Origin: Octopus bimaculoides | Taxonomy: Eukaryota | Reading direction: 5' to 3' | Length of the DNA stretch: 64,000 nt | NCBI RefSeq assembly: GCF_001194135.2 | Contig: NC_069004.1 | Span: 8,499,749 to 8,563,748 of the forward strand | Shown: positions 22,251-33,134 of the stretch, in pieces | Position numbering within the stretch: position 1 is the first letter of the stretch | Layout of the letters: every line of letters begins with the position of its first letter | Translations under genes and position numbers: made by a program | The notes under the pieces: generated by a model | What the model was told of the DNA's origin: nothing | Database searches by the model: none | The model's input: the letters and a program-made list of their open reading frames with translations, nothing else

Positions 22251-23624
22251 TCAGTCACTTGGTTTTGTTCCAGTATGGATACATTTGTGAGTAGATAACC
22301 TATTTGTCTGAGAGAATGATTTACTACAGATTCCACAGTGATATGGTTTCTCTCCTGTATGAACATGCTTATGATTAGTAAATTGACCACTTTGAGAGAA
22401 TGATTTACCACAAATATCACAGCAATATGGTTTCTCTCCTGTATGTATACGTTTGTGTCTAGTAAAGGCATTTCTATCAGAGAAAGATTTGTCACAGATT
22501 TTACAGCGATATGGCTTCTCCCCTGTATGAATACGTTCATGAACAGTTAAGCTATTTCTACAAGAGAATGACTTACCACAAATATCACAGTGATATGGTT
22601 TCTCTCCTGTATGAATATGTTTGTGAGTACTTAAGGCATTTCCTTGAGAGAATGATTTACCACAGACATCGCAGAGAAATGGCTTCTCTCCTGTGTGAAT
22701 ACGTTTGTGACTAGTTAAGCTATTTATTTGAGAAAATGATTTATCACAGATGTCACAGTGATATGGTTTCTCTCCAGTATGAACACGTTTGTGAGTAGTT
22801 AAGATACTACATTGAGAAAATGATTTACCACAGATATCACAGCAATGTTCTTTTTCTCCCGTATGAATATATTTGTGTCTAGTTAAGTTAGAATTTTCAG
22901 AGAATAATTTACCACAGATATCACAGGAATACGATTTCTCCCCTGTATGAATGTGTTTGTGTCTAGTTAAGTTACCTTTTCCAGAGAATGATTTACCACA
23001 GATATCACAGTGGCAGGATTTTTCTCCAGTATGAACACTTTTGTGCTTAGTGAGACCACTATTCTGACAGAATGATTTACCACAGATATCACAGTGATAG
23101 GGCTTCTTTTGTGTATGAAAGTATTTGTGGTCAGTTAAGAGACTAATTACGACGAAACATTTACCACAGATATCACAGTGATATGGTTTCTCTCCTGTGT
23201 GAGTACTTCTGTGTTTAGTTACATCACTATTTTGAGAGAATGATTTACCACAAATATCACACTGATATGGTTTCTCTCCTGTGTGTATACGTTTGTGTCG
23301 AGTTAAGGCATTTCTATCAGAGAAAGATTTGCCACAAATATCACAGTGATAAGGTTTCTCTCCTGTATGAATACGTCTGTGAGTAGTTACATGGCTCATT
23401 ACCGTGAACGATTTACCACAGATATCACAGTGATAAGGCTTCTCTCCTGTATGGATACGTTTGTGAACAGATACATCATCTGTTCGAGAGAATGCTTTAC
23501 CACAGATATTACAGCGATATGGCTTCTCTCCTGTGTGAATGCGTCTGTGTTTAGTTAAGTCACTTGCTTGAAAGAATAATTTACCACAGATATCACAGTG
23601 ATATTTTTTTTTTCCTGTATGAAG
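22251..23624 (-). CDS. ZNF-5: C2H2 zinc-finger protein, 16 visible fingers, start codon hidden in the N gap
   Basis: The frame is open from the gap edge ([30 protein letters not shown]...) to the stop at 22251, extending the 382-aa track ORF. Collinear with ZNF-6. Confidence 0.92.
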   Translation of the reverse strand, partial: LHTGKKKYHCDICGKLFFQASDLTKHRRIHTGEKPYRCNICGKAFSRTDDVSVHKRIHTGEKPYHCDICGKSFTVMSHVTTHRRIHTGEKPYHCDICGKSFSDRNALTRHKRIHTGEKPYQCDICGKSFSQNSDVTKHRSTHTGEKPYHCDICGKCFVVISLLTDHKYFHTQKKPYHCDICGKSFCQNSGLTKHKSVHTGEKSCHCDICGKSFSGKGNLTRHKHIHTGEKSYSCDICGKLFSENSNLTRHKYIHTGEKEHCCDICGKSFSQCSILTTHKRVHTGEKPYHCDICDKSFSQINSLTSHKRIHTGEKPFLCDVCGKSFSQGNALSTHKHIHTGEKPYHCDICGKSFSCRNSLTVHERIHTGEKPYRCKICDKSFSDRNAFTRHKRIHTGEKPYCCDICGKSFSQSGQFTNHKHVHTGEKPYHCGICSKSFSQTNRLSTHKCIHTGTKPSD

Positions 23625-24140
23625 NNNNNNNNNNNNNNNNNNNNNNNNNNNNNNNNNNNNNNNNNNNNNNNNNNNNNNNNNNNNNNNNNNNNNNNNNNNN
23701 NNNNNNNNNNNNNNNNNNNNNNNNNNNNNNNNNNNNNNNNNNNNNNNNNNNNNNNNNNNNNNNNNNNNNNNNNNNNNNNNNNNTCAGAAAAAGATTGCGA
23801 ATCTCTTTGTAAATGTCTCAACATTTAATTGGTACACAAAATCATCTTGTACGGATTCCAAGCAATGAAGGAGAGAAATGTTTCACTCAGAACTAACCCT
23901 CAGTTCTTACGTAGAATATTTTCCTGTACACTTTAAAATGTGATAAATATTTGATGTATCTGATGCAAAAATATTCTGTAATGTCAATGCCATCTTGTAA
24001 TCTGAAATGATAGAGAAATTGTGTAAGATATCAAAGATAATTAAAAAGAAGACATTCAACAGAGAAATTTTACAATGGTTCTTGCACTCAAACTTTTGCC
24101 TCAACGGTTTTCTTCTATCTCTAAGCAGTAGGTTCACAGC

Positions 24141-24263
24141 TTCCACGAATGTTGTTTGTTGTGAAACATTTTATACTGGAAGAAGCTCAACTCATCACAA
24201 ACGTATCCATACAAAATAGAAGCCATATTGCGTGATACCTGTGGTAAACCATTTTCCAGAAAA
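24141..24263 (+). pseudogene. Antisense zinc-finger relic in the ZNF-5 intron
   Basis: Plus-strand reading CCETFYTGRSSTHHKRIHTK*KPY then (frameshift) DTCGKPFSRK. Host gene is on the minus strand. Confidence 0.75.
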
Positions 24264-24268
24264 GTGAA

Positions 24269-24659
24269 GGACAAACTGCGGCCTGCGATGCTTTCTGAAT
24301 GGACCGCCTAATTTCACGAGGAAAGAACGTTTGCTGAAATTTTGTGTCTTCTTCCGTTCTCACTTGTTCACACACGTTCTCTCTCTTTTTTTCAGAGTTA
24401 ATTTACATATAATAATAAAATCTACGATTAAATAAAAGTGAAATCTGATTTTTTTTAATACCAATTTTTCAATCGTAATTCTTATTTTTATTATTTCTAC
24501 GATCGAGGAAAATGTGTACGAATTCTCGAAAACAAATCAAAAACCCAAGTGACCTTCTTTTTTTAACGTGCACTTGAATGTAAATTAGCGCCTGCGGCCC
24601 GATTGGTATAAGACCATGTCTCATGCGGCCCGCTTCTCGAGAAAGGTTGTCCATGCCTG
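24269..24659. mobile_element. Degenerate hAT (Charlie-like) non-autonomous element in the ZNF-5 intron
   Basis: Right end GGTTGTCCATGCCTG, repeated GCGGCC(C/T)G subterminal motifs, eroded left end GGACAAACTGCGGCCTGCG. Not seen in the ZNF-6 intron. Confidence 0.5.
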
Positions 24660-24915
24660 CTCTACACGAAGGAACTTAAGGACTCACGAACTTAATTGTA
24701 AAGGAGAGAATCCACACTACTGAGAGGGATAAATCATTCCACGTAGGCTAATATTTCATTTCATTTGTAATCTTGGTTTCTTAGTTGATTTCTTAAAAGA
24801 TGTTTTCAAAAATACAGATCAATATATGTACAGAAAACTCGGGACATGAAATTTTTTTTCTTTTCCAAAATTGTTATTTATTTGAGGTTCAATGTAATTA
24901 CTATATATGTTTTAC

Positions 24916-24956
24916 CAATGTCGCCATGAGTTTTTACATCTCTAAAGTTACTGTAT
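24916..24956 (-). other. Candidate 41-nt non-coding micro-exon of ZNF-5
   Basis: ctttcag|ATACAGTAACTTTAGAGATGTAAAAACTCATGGCGACATTG|gtaaaa. Confidence 0.4.
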
Positions 24957-25296
24957 CTGAAAGAAATATCTTTTCCCACTTTCAGATTGTGTAACATCAC
25001 TTATATTACAATATACTATAGTGATTATACATTATATCTGGACAAGTGTCTTTGGTCATTGTACCTGTCGGGACTTCTTAAGGTGCCTCTCATTTTCAGT
25101 AATGTTGTCAGAATTTGGAAATGAACCCTTTATTAAAATTGCTGGGGTACATTGTTCTTATTTCATTTTACTTCAATATAATTACTGGATCGCCTAATTA
25201 CCTTATCCTCCAGGTATAACGTCATTCTTTTACAGACATTTTTACAGCATTCAAAGAAGGGCAGAATTCCGCCAAAACAAACGTTAATCAACTTAC

Positions 25297-25585
25297 CGTT
25301 TTCAGATGCAAACAGTGAATAAGTGTGTTTATCAAAATAAACGAGGTTAGAATGAGGTTTACTAATGTTTTATCAACATTCAAAAAGCACCGACTTCCTT
25401 CGTCAATAAAATCCCAACGTAATACAATAAACAAGTGAAGCTGACTTTATGTCTCCAGCCGCAGTTTCGATGTCAAACATTACGATCTCAATGGTAGCGT
25501 CCCCTTGGAGATACATAAGGTCACCGGGGAGGGCTGGGTGTTGCAAGTTGTACAGGGATTTTCTCAGAGATAAAATATTTATATA
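25297..25585 (-). promoter_or_regulatory. Shared ZNF promoter / non-coding exon 1 cassette (ZNF-5)
   Basis: TATATAAA (25585-25578) ... TCTCCAAGGGGACGCTACCA ... GACATCGAAACTGCGGCTGGAGACATAAAGTCAGCTTCACTTGTT ... CTGAAAACG|GTAAGT (donor at 25296). Final acceptor at 24002. Confidence 0.72.
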
Positions 25586-25639
25586 AACCTCAGTTCTTCA
25601 TTTGTACTTTATAGTATCAATCCAGCAAAGAGAAATAGG

Positions 25640-27225
25640 TTGACATGCAAGGCCTTAAATGTTGACTTTTTGTGACCACCATCAGGAATCTACCTCAAAT
25701 TCTCATGTATTGATAGCTTCCACAGATGTCTGTGATGACTATACTTCTGCGTACGCAAGCGAAGATGATGCGTTTAAGGCATTTTGTGAAGAATGCTTAC
25801 AAGGAGATGGAGACTTGTTCAAGGTCCTCAAAAAGCAGGAAAGGAAAACCTTCACCACAATGAACAAAGCTTCAACAAACAAAGTAAAAGGCAAAGAAGT
25901 TACAATAAAAGCTGATCGCAATCTGTTTCAACGTTTGATTGTTATTGCTGGAGTAAGGAAACTTGATCTCCGAAACATGATGAAGTATAATCTTGGCTCT
26001 TTCCCACAGTTGATGGTTCTTGACCAAGACTACAAAAGCAACTCTTCTTCATTCTATCGAGTCCAGTGTAGAGCCAGCACCGGTTGTGGAAGATATTCCA
26101 TTGGGTAGTGCATGGATTGTAGATGGGATGGCAATGCTCTAAGAAATTCCTCCAAAAGGTTGTGCCAGGTACATTCGGTGAACTTTCAGAATATGCAATC
26201 AAACAGCTTATTCACCTTGCGCACACTGCCCACAGCGATACTGTTCACTTTAAGGGAGTCACCCACTGAACAATGAGCATCAAGGCAGCAGAGCGAGGAA
26301 GACAAGCTCCAAGTGGAAGCCAGCTCACCAAGATCTGTGGTCCAGAGCACAAAGTGCCCAACCAATGGAAAATGTTTTTGTCATGCAGTCAAAACAAAAA
26401 AAGCCTTAACCCTTTAGTGTTCGCATTATTCTGCCATAATTAATGCTTTTTTATCCACATTGTTTTGAACTAATCATGCATTATCTAGTAGCTATGAGAT
26501 TTTGATGAGGTAGCTGTTAATTTTTAAAACGATATTGTGGGGTTGGTGTGAGAGACCAGATCTGGCCAGTTTGAACATAAAGCAGGCAGAATACTTTTGG
26601 CCGGATATGGCCGGTTTAAATGCTAAAGGGTTAATTCAGTTCTTCATCAAGATGTGGCAGGAACACCCAACCTTGTTTCATGATGTCAAAGTTGTCATGG
26701 CTCATGATGAAGAATGTCATTTGCTGCAGAATGGAGATGGCATAGTCAAGATACAAGTTGTGAAGGAACTTGAATTCAACCATGAAGAAACAGACACCAG
26801 GCTGTTCTTGGATTGTCAATATGCTGCTGCATCTCTCCTTTTACTTTCAAGGAGTACACCAGAAATTAATTATAAAAGCCCAGACACTGATGTTTTCATT
26901 ATCGGCATAGCAAAGGCTCATCAAATTCAGGCCCAGCTACTCTTTCACACTGGTAGAGGTAACAACAAGCGTACACTTAATCTAACCACTATACAAAATC
27001 ATCTTGGAGACAATGTTGCAGATGCCCTCATCGGCCTTCATTGTTTTACAGGCTGTGACTCAACAAGCTGTTTCTATGGCCAGTCTAAGGAGAAAACCTT
27101 GAAGCTCATGACTGAATCTGTTGATTTTCAAGTGGCCTTTCAACAATTTGGTGCAATATTCTCTGTAGTAGGTGGTCTGGTACACACAGTGGAGAAATTT
27201 ATTTGTAGACTGTATGATCAAGATT
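25640..27225 (+). mobile_element. Decayed Academ (AcademX-type) DNA transposon, XPG/FEN1-like nuclease region
   Basis: Frameshifted fragments IKADRNLFQRLIVIAGVRKLDL, AWIVDGMAML, SIKAAER, VPNQWKMFLSCSQNK, NHEETDTRLF, SPDTDVFII, HTGRGNNKR, LIGLHCFTGCDSTSCFYG. The HEE.DT / DTDV / TGCD motifs are typical of the XPG-like domain in AcademX transposase polyproteins. Family assignment is from recall, not from a search. Confidence 0.75.
26410..26630. mobile_element. piggyBac-type MITE (221 bp) nested in the Academ relic
   Basis: TTAA|CCCTTTAG ... CTAAAGGG|TTAA (TSDs at 26406-26409 and 26631-26634). Confidence 0.88.
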
Positions 27226-27548
27226 TGGAGGTCAGACAATATTTACCCTTCAGAACCCCTCTCCCCATTCCCATTTAATTTAAATGGTTTATAAGAACCA
27301 AGAAAAAGACCTTCTAATAGTATGTAAATTTAAGTTCACAATCTTATTTATTCTGGAATCAGATTTGTTTCAACATTTTGTACATCACAAACTTTCCTTC
27401 GCAACAAAAAAGCAGTCTAATACACTCACCCTTGGTTTAGCTTCCAATTTTGGACTCAAGAGGGCGACAGGCATAATTATGAAATATTAAAAGTATGATA
27501 ACTCATTAATGTGCACTTTTCACGCTTGACGAGTTTGTGTGGTTGTTA

Positions 27549-27908
27549 TACTCTTTTACTTGTTTCAGTCAATTGACTGCGGCCATGCTGGAGCACTGCC
27601 TTTAGTCGATCAAATCGACCCCAAGACTTATTCTTTGTAAGCCTAGTACTTATTCTATTGGTCTCTTTTTGCCGAACCGCTAAGTTATGGGGACATAAAC
27701 ACATCAGCATCGGTAGTCAAGCGATGTTGAGGGGACAAACAGACACACATATATATATACGACATAGTTTCCGTCTACCAAAGCCACTCACAAGGCTTAG
27801 GTCAGCCCGAGGCTATAGTAGAAGACACTTGCCCAAGGTGCCATGCAGTGGGACTGAACCTGGAACCATGTGGTTGGTAAGCATGCTACTTACCACACAG
27901 CCACTCCT
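27549..27908 (-). mobile_element. tRNA-derived SINE (family A), near full length
   Basis: Head GAGGAGTGGCTGTGTGGTAAGTAGCATGCTTACCAACCACATGGTTCCAGGTTCAGTCCC, internal (TA/CA) tract, tail ..GAAACAAGTAAAAGAGTA. Confidence 0.85.
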
Positions 27909-28248
27909 CTACCATTGTGCAAAATTTCATGTAGATGCCACGTCGTGGTCACAAAAACAAAAACAAAAAAACTAGAGCAATTTTAGATGTCTGCATCCCA
28001 GCCGAAAAAAGCCAAAAGTGGAGCTCAGTAGGATTTGAATTCACAAGATAGAGAGCTGGAACAAATGCTGCAAACAAGTTTCTTTTTCTTTTTTTTTGTT
28101 ACAATGTTCTGAAAAAATATTACAGGAAACTTCAATGAGAAAAACAAAATAATTTAATCAACAAAAAAGTAAGTAGTACACTTGTTGCAATGTATTTACC
28201 ACAACCCACATGTTCCTTACTTCTATGTAAGAATGCTTAACAACATAA

Positions 28249-29784
28249 TCAGTCACTTGGTTTTGTTCCAGTATGGATACATTTGTGAGTAGATAACCTA
28301 TTTGTCTGAGAGAATGATTTACTACAGATTCCACAGTGATATGGTTTCTCTCCTGTATGAACATGCTTATGATTAGTAAATTGACCACTTTGAGAGAATG
28401 ATTTACCACAAATATCACAGCAATATGGTTTCTCTCTTGTATGTATACGTTTGTGTCTAGTAAAGGCAGCTCTGTCAGAGAAAGATTTGTCACAGACATT
28501 ACAGCGATATGGCTTCTCCCCTGTATGAATACGTTCATGAACAGTTAAGCTATTTCTACAAGAGAATGACCTACCACAAATATCACAGTGATACGGTTTC
28601 TCTCCTGTATGAATATGTTTGTGAGTACTTAAGGCATTTCTATGAGAGAATGATTTACCACAGACATCACAGAGAAATGGCTTCTCTCCTGTGTGAATAC
28701 GTTTGTGATAAGTTAAATTACTACATTGAGAGAATGATTTACCACAGATGTCACAGTGATATGGTTTCTCTCCAGTATGAACACGTTTGTGTGCAGTTAA
28801 GATACTACATTGAGAGAATGATTTACCACAGATATCACATTGATAGCGTTTTTCTCCAGTATGGACATATCTATGTATTGTTAAAGCACTTGCATTAGAG
28901 AGAAATTTACCACAGATATCACAGGAATCCGATTTCTTCCCTGTATGAATGTGTTTGTGTCTAGTTAAGTTAACTTTTCGAGAGAAAGATTTACCACAGA
29001 TGTCACAGTGATATGGTTTCTCTCCTGTGTGAATACTTCTGTGTTTAGTTACATCACTATTTTGATAGAATGATTTACCACAAATATCACACTGATATGG
29101 TTTCTCTCCTGTATGTATATGTTTGTGTCGAGTTAAGGCATTTGTATGGGAGAAAGATTTGCCACAAATATCACAGTGATAGGGCTTCTCTCCTGTATGA
29201 ACACGGCTGTGAGAATTTATATGGCTCACTGTAGAGAATGATTTACCACAAATATCACACTGATATGGTTTCTCTCCTGTGTGTATACGTTTGTGTCGAG
29301 TTAAGGCATTTTTAGCAGAGAAAGATTTGCCACAAATATCACAGTGATAAGGTTTCTCTCCTGTATGAATACGTCTGTGAGTAGTTACATGGCTCATTAC
29401 CGTGAACGATTTACCACAGATATCACAGCGATAAGGCTTCTCTCCTGTATGGATACGTTTGTGAACAGATAGGCCATCTATTCGAGAGAATGCTTTACCA
29501 CAAATATTACAGCAATATGGCTTCTCTCTTGTGTGAACGTGTCTGTGTTTAGTTAAGTCACTTGCTTGAAAGAATAATTTACCACAGATATCACAGTGAT
29601 ATTTTTTTTTTCTTGTATGAAGGTGTTTGTGAGTAGTTAAGTTACTTCTTGTAGTGAAAAATTTACCACAGATATCACAATCAGATGGCTTCTCTCTTGT
29701 ACGAATACATTTATGAGTAACAAGGCTACTTTCCACAGAGAATGACTTCTTGCAGATATCACAGTGGTAGGATTGTTTTCCCAT
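28249..29784 (-). CDS. ZNF-6: C2H2 zinc-finger protein, 511 aa from the first ATG, 18 fingers (first lacks its last His)
   Basis: Intact ORF. The ancestral agaagaATGaat context reads agaagaGTGaat here, so the first in-frame ATG is 29784 (MGKQSYHC). Acceptor at 30199. Confidence 0.94.
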   Translation of the reverse strand: MGKQSYHCDICKKSFSVESSLVTHKCIRTREKPSDCDICGKFFTTRSNLTTHKHLHTRKKKYHCDICGKLFFQASDLTKHRHVHTREKPYCCNICGKAFSRIDGLSVHKRIHTGEKPYRCDICGKSFTVMSHVTTHRRIHTGEKPYHCDICGKSFSAKNALTRHKRIHTGEKPYQCDICGKSFSTVSHINSHSRVHTGEKPYHCDICGKSFSHTNALTRHKHIHTGEKPYQCDICGKSFYQNSDVTKHRSIHTGEKPYHCDICGKSFSRKVNLTRHKHIHTGKKSDSCDICGKFLSNASALTIHRYVHTGEKRYQCDICGKSFSQCSILTAHKRVHTGEKPYHCDICGKSFSQCSNLTYHKRIHTGEKPFLCDVCGKSFSHRNALSTHKHIHTGEKPYHCDICGRSFSCRNSLTVHERIHTGEKPYRCNVCDKSFSDRAAFTRHKRIHTREKPYCCDICGKSFSQSGQFTNHKHVHTGEKPYHCGICSKSFSQTNRLSTHKCIHTGTKPSD

Positions 29785-30308
29785 CTCCTTAGGCAATTCT
29801 TCAGGAAAAAAACCCACTTGTTTTAAAGTTTCTCACACAATTCACTCTTCTATATATATATATATATATATATCTTTTCTCACAATAATATATGGATATT
29901 TTTCTCCTTTTCTTTTTATTTATTCCTATGTTGATCAAAACATTTCAACAGTAATATTTCCATCAACTTTTATCATTATCAGAAAAGGATTGCAAATCCC
30001 TTTGTAAATGTCTCAACATTTAATTGGTACACAAAATCATCTTGTACGGATTCCAAGCAATGAAGGAGAGAAATGTTTCACTCAGAACTATTCCTCAGTT
30101 CTTAGGTAGAATATTTTCCTTTACACTCTAAAATGCGATAAATATTTGTGATGTAACTGATGCAAAAATATTCTGTAATGTCAATGCCATCTTGTAATCT
30201 GAAATGATAGAGAAATTGTGTAAGATATCAAAGATAATTAAAAAGAAGACATTCAAAAGAGAAATTTTACACTTTAACCAGAGTGACTTAATATATGCTC
30301 TGACTTAC

Positions 30309-30356
30309 TCAGGGATTGAACTCATTTCCATAAGATCAACTATTACACCAAATAAT
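30309..30356 (-). other. Candidate 48-nt non-coding exon of ZNF-6
   Basis: catag|ATTATTTGGTGTAATAGTTGATCTTATGGAAATGAGTTCAATCCCTGA|gtaagt. Confidence 0.42.
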
Positions 30357-30404
30357 CTATGATTACATCCACAACACCAAAATTCACATAAGTAAAAAAA
30401 TTAA

Positions 30405-30468
30405 AAAATTTTACGGAAAGCGATGATCTTGTTCAGAAACATAAACGAACTCACGTACTTTACAGTTG
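30405..30468 (+). pseudogene. Short antisense zinc-finger relic in the ZNF-6 intron
   Basis: Plus-strand reading NFTESDDLVQKHKRTH, followed by ctttacagttg, which also flanks the relics in ZNF-3 and ZNF-4. Confidence 0.5.
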
Positions 30469-31234
30469 ACAGTTACGATACTCCAAAATTTTGCAGCTCA
30501 TTTTGGGTATGGGGAAGTAATTTACAAAGATTTTAATGAAACATATCAAGCAACTGACCTTACGATTTAAAAAGTATTTAATTTACTTTATGCAGTTAAA
30601 GGACAGTCCTGTATCTCTTCTTTCTCCGGATTTGTGCTGGAATCGATCCTTTACTGGCGACCTGGGAGGAGTGTATATAATTTTGCTGCCTCAATAAAAA
30701 AAACTGGTGCAGCAATTTGTTTTTCTGTAGCAGAGATAAATAAATACCTGGCCGGGTACAGATGTAGATAGTTTGAACGAATACCCAGCGTTTTCACCCA
30801 TTCTTTAAAAAACATTGCCAAAAACGTTCGATGTTTTGTCAGAGGAACAACAAAGCGACGTTTGCTAATACGCTCAATTCCAGCGAACAACCAAACATAA
30901 ACATTTTAATTAGAATAAACAATCTGCATATGGAATTAACTGATTATAAGTATGAGGTCAATCATGACGGTTGCAACGAAAACAATGCGGGAGACGGAAT
31001 CGGGAAGGCGAATTTCCGAAGTTCCGCTCCACCTCACCCCTCTGTTTTTCGCGGAAAGAATGCATTTCCGACAGCTTACGAAGACGATTGCGACCCCCCA
31101 AAAGACACAGTACCGAAATCGAGTCTGGTGTGGAACTATAATTTTACTTCAATATAATTACCTTATCCACCATTCATTATTACAACATTCAAGGAAGGGC
31201 GGAAGTTTGCCAAAACAAACGTTAATCAACTTAC

Positions 31235-31544
31235 CGTTTTCAGATGAAAACAATGAATCAATGTGTTATACGTTTTCATCAAAGTAAATATCTGACTGTT
31301 AAAATGAAGTTTACTAATGTTTTATCAACTTTACACTCCAGCAACATTCAAAAAGTACCAACTTTCTTCGTCAACAAAATCCCAACGGAATACAATAAAC
31401 AAGTGAAGCTGACTTTATGTCTCAAGCCGCAGTTTCGATGTCAAACATCACAACCTCAATGGTAGCGTCCCTTTGAGATGCATAAGGTCACAGGGTATTG
31501 CAAGTGGTAAAGCAATTTTCTTATAGAGATAAAGTATTTATATA
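31235..31544 (-). promoter_or_regulatory. Shared ZNF promoter / non-coding exon 1 cassette (ZNF-6)
   Basis: TATATAAA (31544-31537) ... TCTCAAAGGGACGCTACCA ... GACATCGAAACTGCGGCTTGAGACATAAAGTCAGCTTCACTTGTT ... CTGAAAACG|GTAAGT (donor at 31234). Confidence 0.72.
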
Positions 31545-32054
31545 AAACACAATACTTAGGCTTTAAAAATATGTTTCGTATATTTATGAATTATACTGCT
31601 TTTCGAATTGTATGAGCATTAGACACACACAAGCATACCCATGTATGCATACATACACACACATACAAAACATGCAGTACACACATATTTCAGTCTTGAA
31701 AATTGAAGATTATATTCAATAATATATCCCTGGATATAATAACGAATTTCAATAAGTGAAAAACTGTGTGAACTGCCAGGGGCATGTATTGCATGTGTGG
31801 CAAATGCTCAGTTTCTGTCTACTAAATCCACTCAAGGCTTTGACTGGGGCTATAGTAGAAGACATTTGGCCAAATGTCTCCCACTACAGCTTTCCAACCA
31901 CAATTTCATTAAAATATCAAGGCAGAAACTTATCTTACCAATGTAGATATGGTCATGTAAAATAAAGTGTTGGGAGATTGTTATCACACTGTTATATGTG
32001 AATGTATTTAAGGTTATATATTTCTCTCATAGAAGGAATTTAGCAATTACTGTT

Positions 32055-33134
32055 CTACATGAACACACACACATGTGCAGTTAAATGACTTTTTTGTGAG
32101 TATGATTTACCACACACATCACAATGAAAAGGTTTTTCTCCTGTATGGATACGTTTGTGCTTAGTTATATGATCATTCTGAGAGAATGATTTACCACAGA
32201 TATCACAGTGGTATGGTTTTTCACCTGTATGAATACGTTTATGAATAGTTAAGGTGCTATTTACAGAGAATGATTCCCCACAAATATCGCAATGATACGG
32301 TTTCTCACCTGTATGAATGCGTTTATGTTTAGTCAAGTGACTTGTTTGAGAGAATGATTTACCACAGATACCACAGTGATATGGTTTCTCACCTGTATGA
32401 ATGCGTTTGTGTTTAGTTAAGTGACTTGTTTGGGAAAATGATTTACTACAGATATCACAGTGATATGGTTTTTCTCCTGTATGAATATGTTTATGAAATG
32501 TCAAATTTTGAATTTTTGAGAATGATTTACCACAGATATCACAATGATATGGCTTTTCTCCTGTATGAATGCGTAAGTGAGTAATTAAATGACTACTTAT
32601 AGAGAATGATTTACCACAGATATCACAGTGATATGGTTTCTCTCCTGTATGAAAGCGTTTATGAGTAGTTAAATGACCATTTTGAGAAAATGATTTATCA
32701 CAAATTTCACAACGGTATGGTTTCTCTCCTGTGTGTATGTATTTGTGTTTAGTCAAGACACCTTTTTCAGTGAATGACTTACCACAGATATCACAGTGAT
32801 AGGGTTTCTCTCCTGTGTGAATACGTTTGTGAATAATTAAGCTACTTCCTGCAGTGAATGATTTACCACAGATATCACAGTGATGTGGTTTTTCCCCTGT
32901 ATGAATGCGTTTATGAGTAGTTAGGTGACCTTTTTCAGAGAATGACTTAACACAGACATCACAGTGGTAGGGTTTCTCTCCTGTATGAATACGTTTGTGA
33001 ATAATTAAGCTACTTCCTGCAGTAAATGATTTACCACAAATATCACAATGATATGGTTTTTCCTGATCTTTTCCAGAGAATACTTTAACAGAGATATCAC
33101 AGTGGTAAGGAGATTTTTCTTTTACTTTTGCCAT
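32055..33134 (-). CDS. ZNF-7: C2H2 zinc-finger protein, 359 aa from the first ATG, 11 complete fingers
   Basis: Intact [32 protein letters not shown] (truncated first finger), 11 full fingers, and a last finger ending HVCVFM without the second His. Acceptor tttctttactttttcag at 33790. Confidence 0.93.
   Translation of the reverse strand: MAKVKEKSPYHCDISVKVFSGKDQEKPYHCDICGKSFTAGSSLIIHKRIHTGEKPYHCDVCVKSFSEKGHLTTHKRIHTGEKPHHCDICGKSFTAGSSLIIHKRIHTGEKPYHCDICGKSFTEKGVLTKHKYIHTGEKPYRCEICDKSFSQNGHLTTHKRFHTGEKPYHCDICGKSFSISSHLITHLRIHTGEKPYHCDICGKSFSKIQNLTFHKHIHTGEKPYHCDICSKSFSQTSHLTKHKRIHTGEKPYHCGICGKSFSQTSHLTKHKRIHTGEKPYHCDICGESFSVNSTLTIHKRIHTGEKPYHCDICGKSFSQNDHITKHKRIHTGEKPFHCDVCGKSYSQKSHLTAHVCVFM

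Noticed and set aside
22133-22540. Same-strand shifted-frame ORFs (IQERNHI..., also 28158-28538)
   Set aside because: Alternative frame of the HTGEKPY repeat; no independent support.
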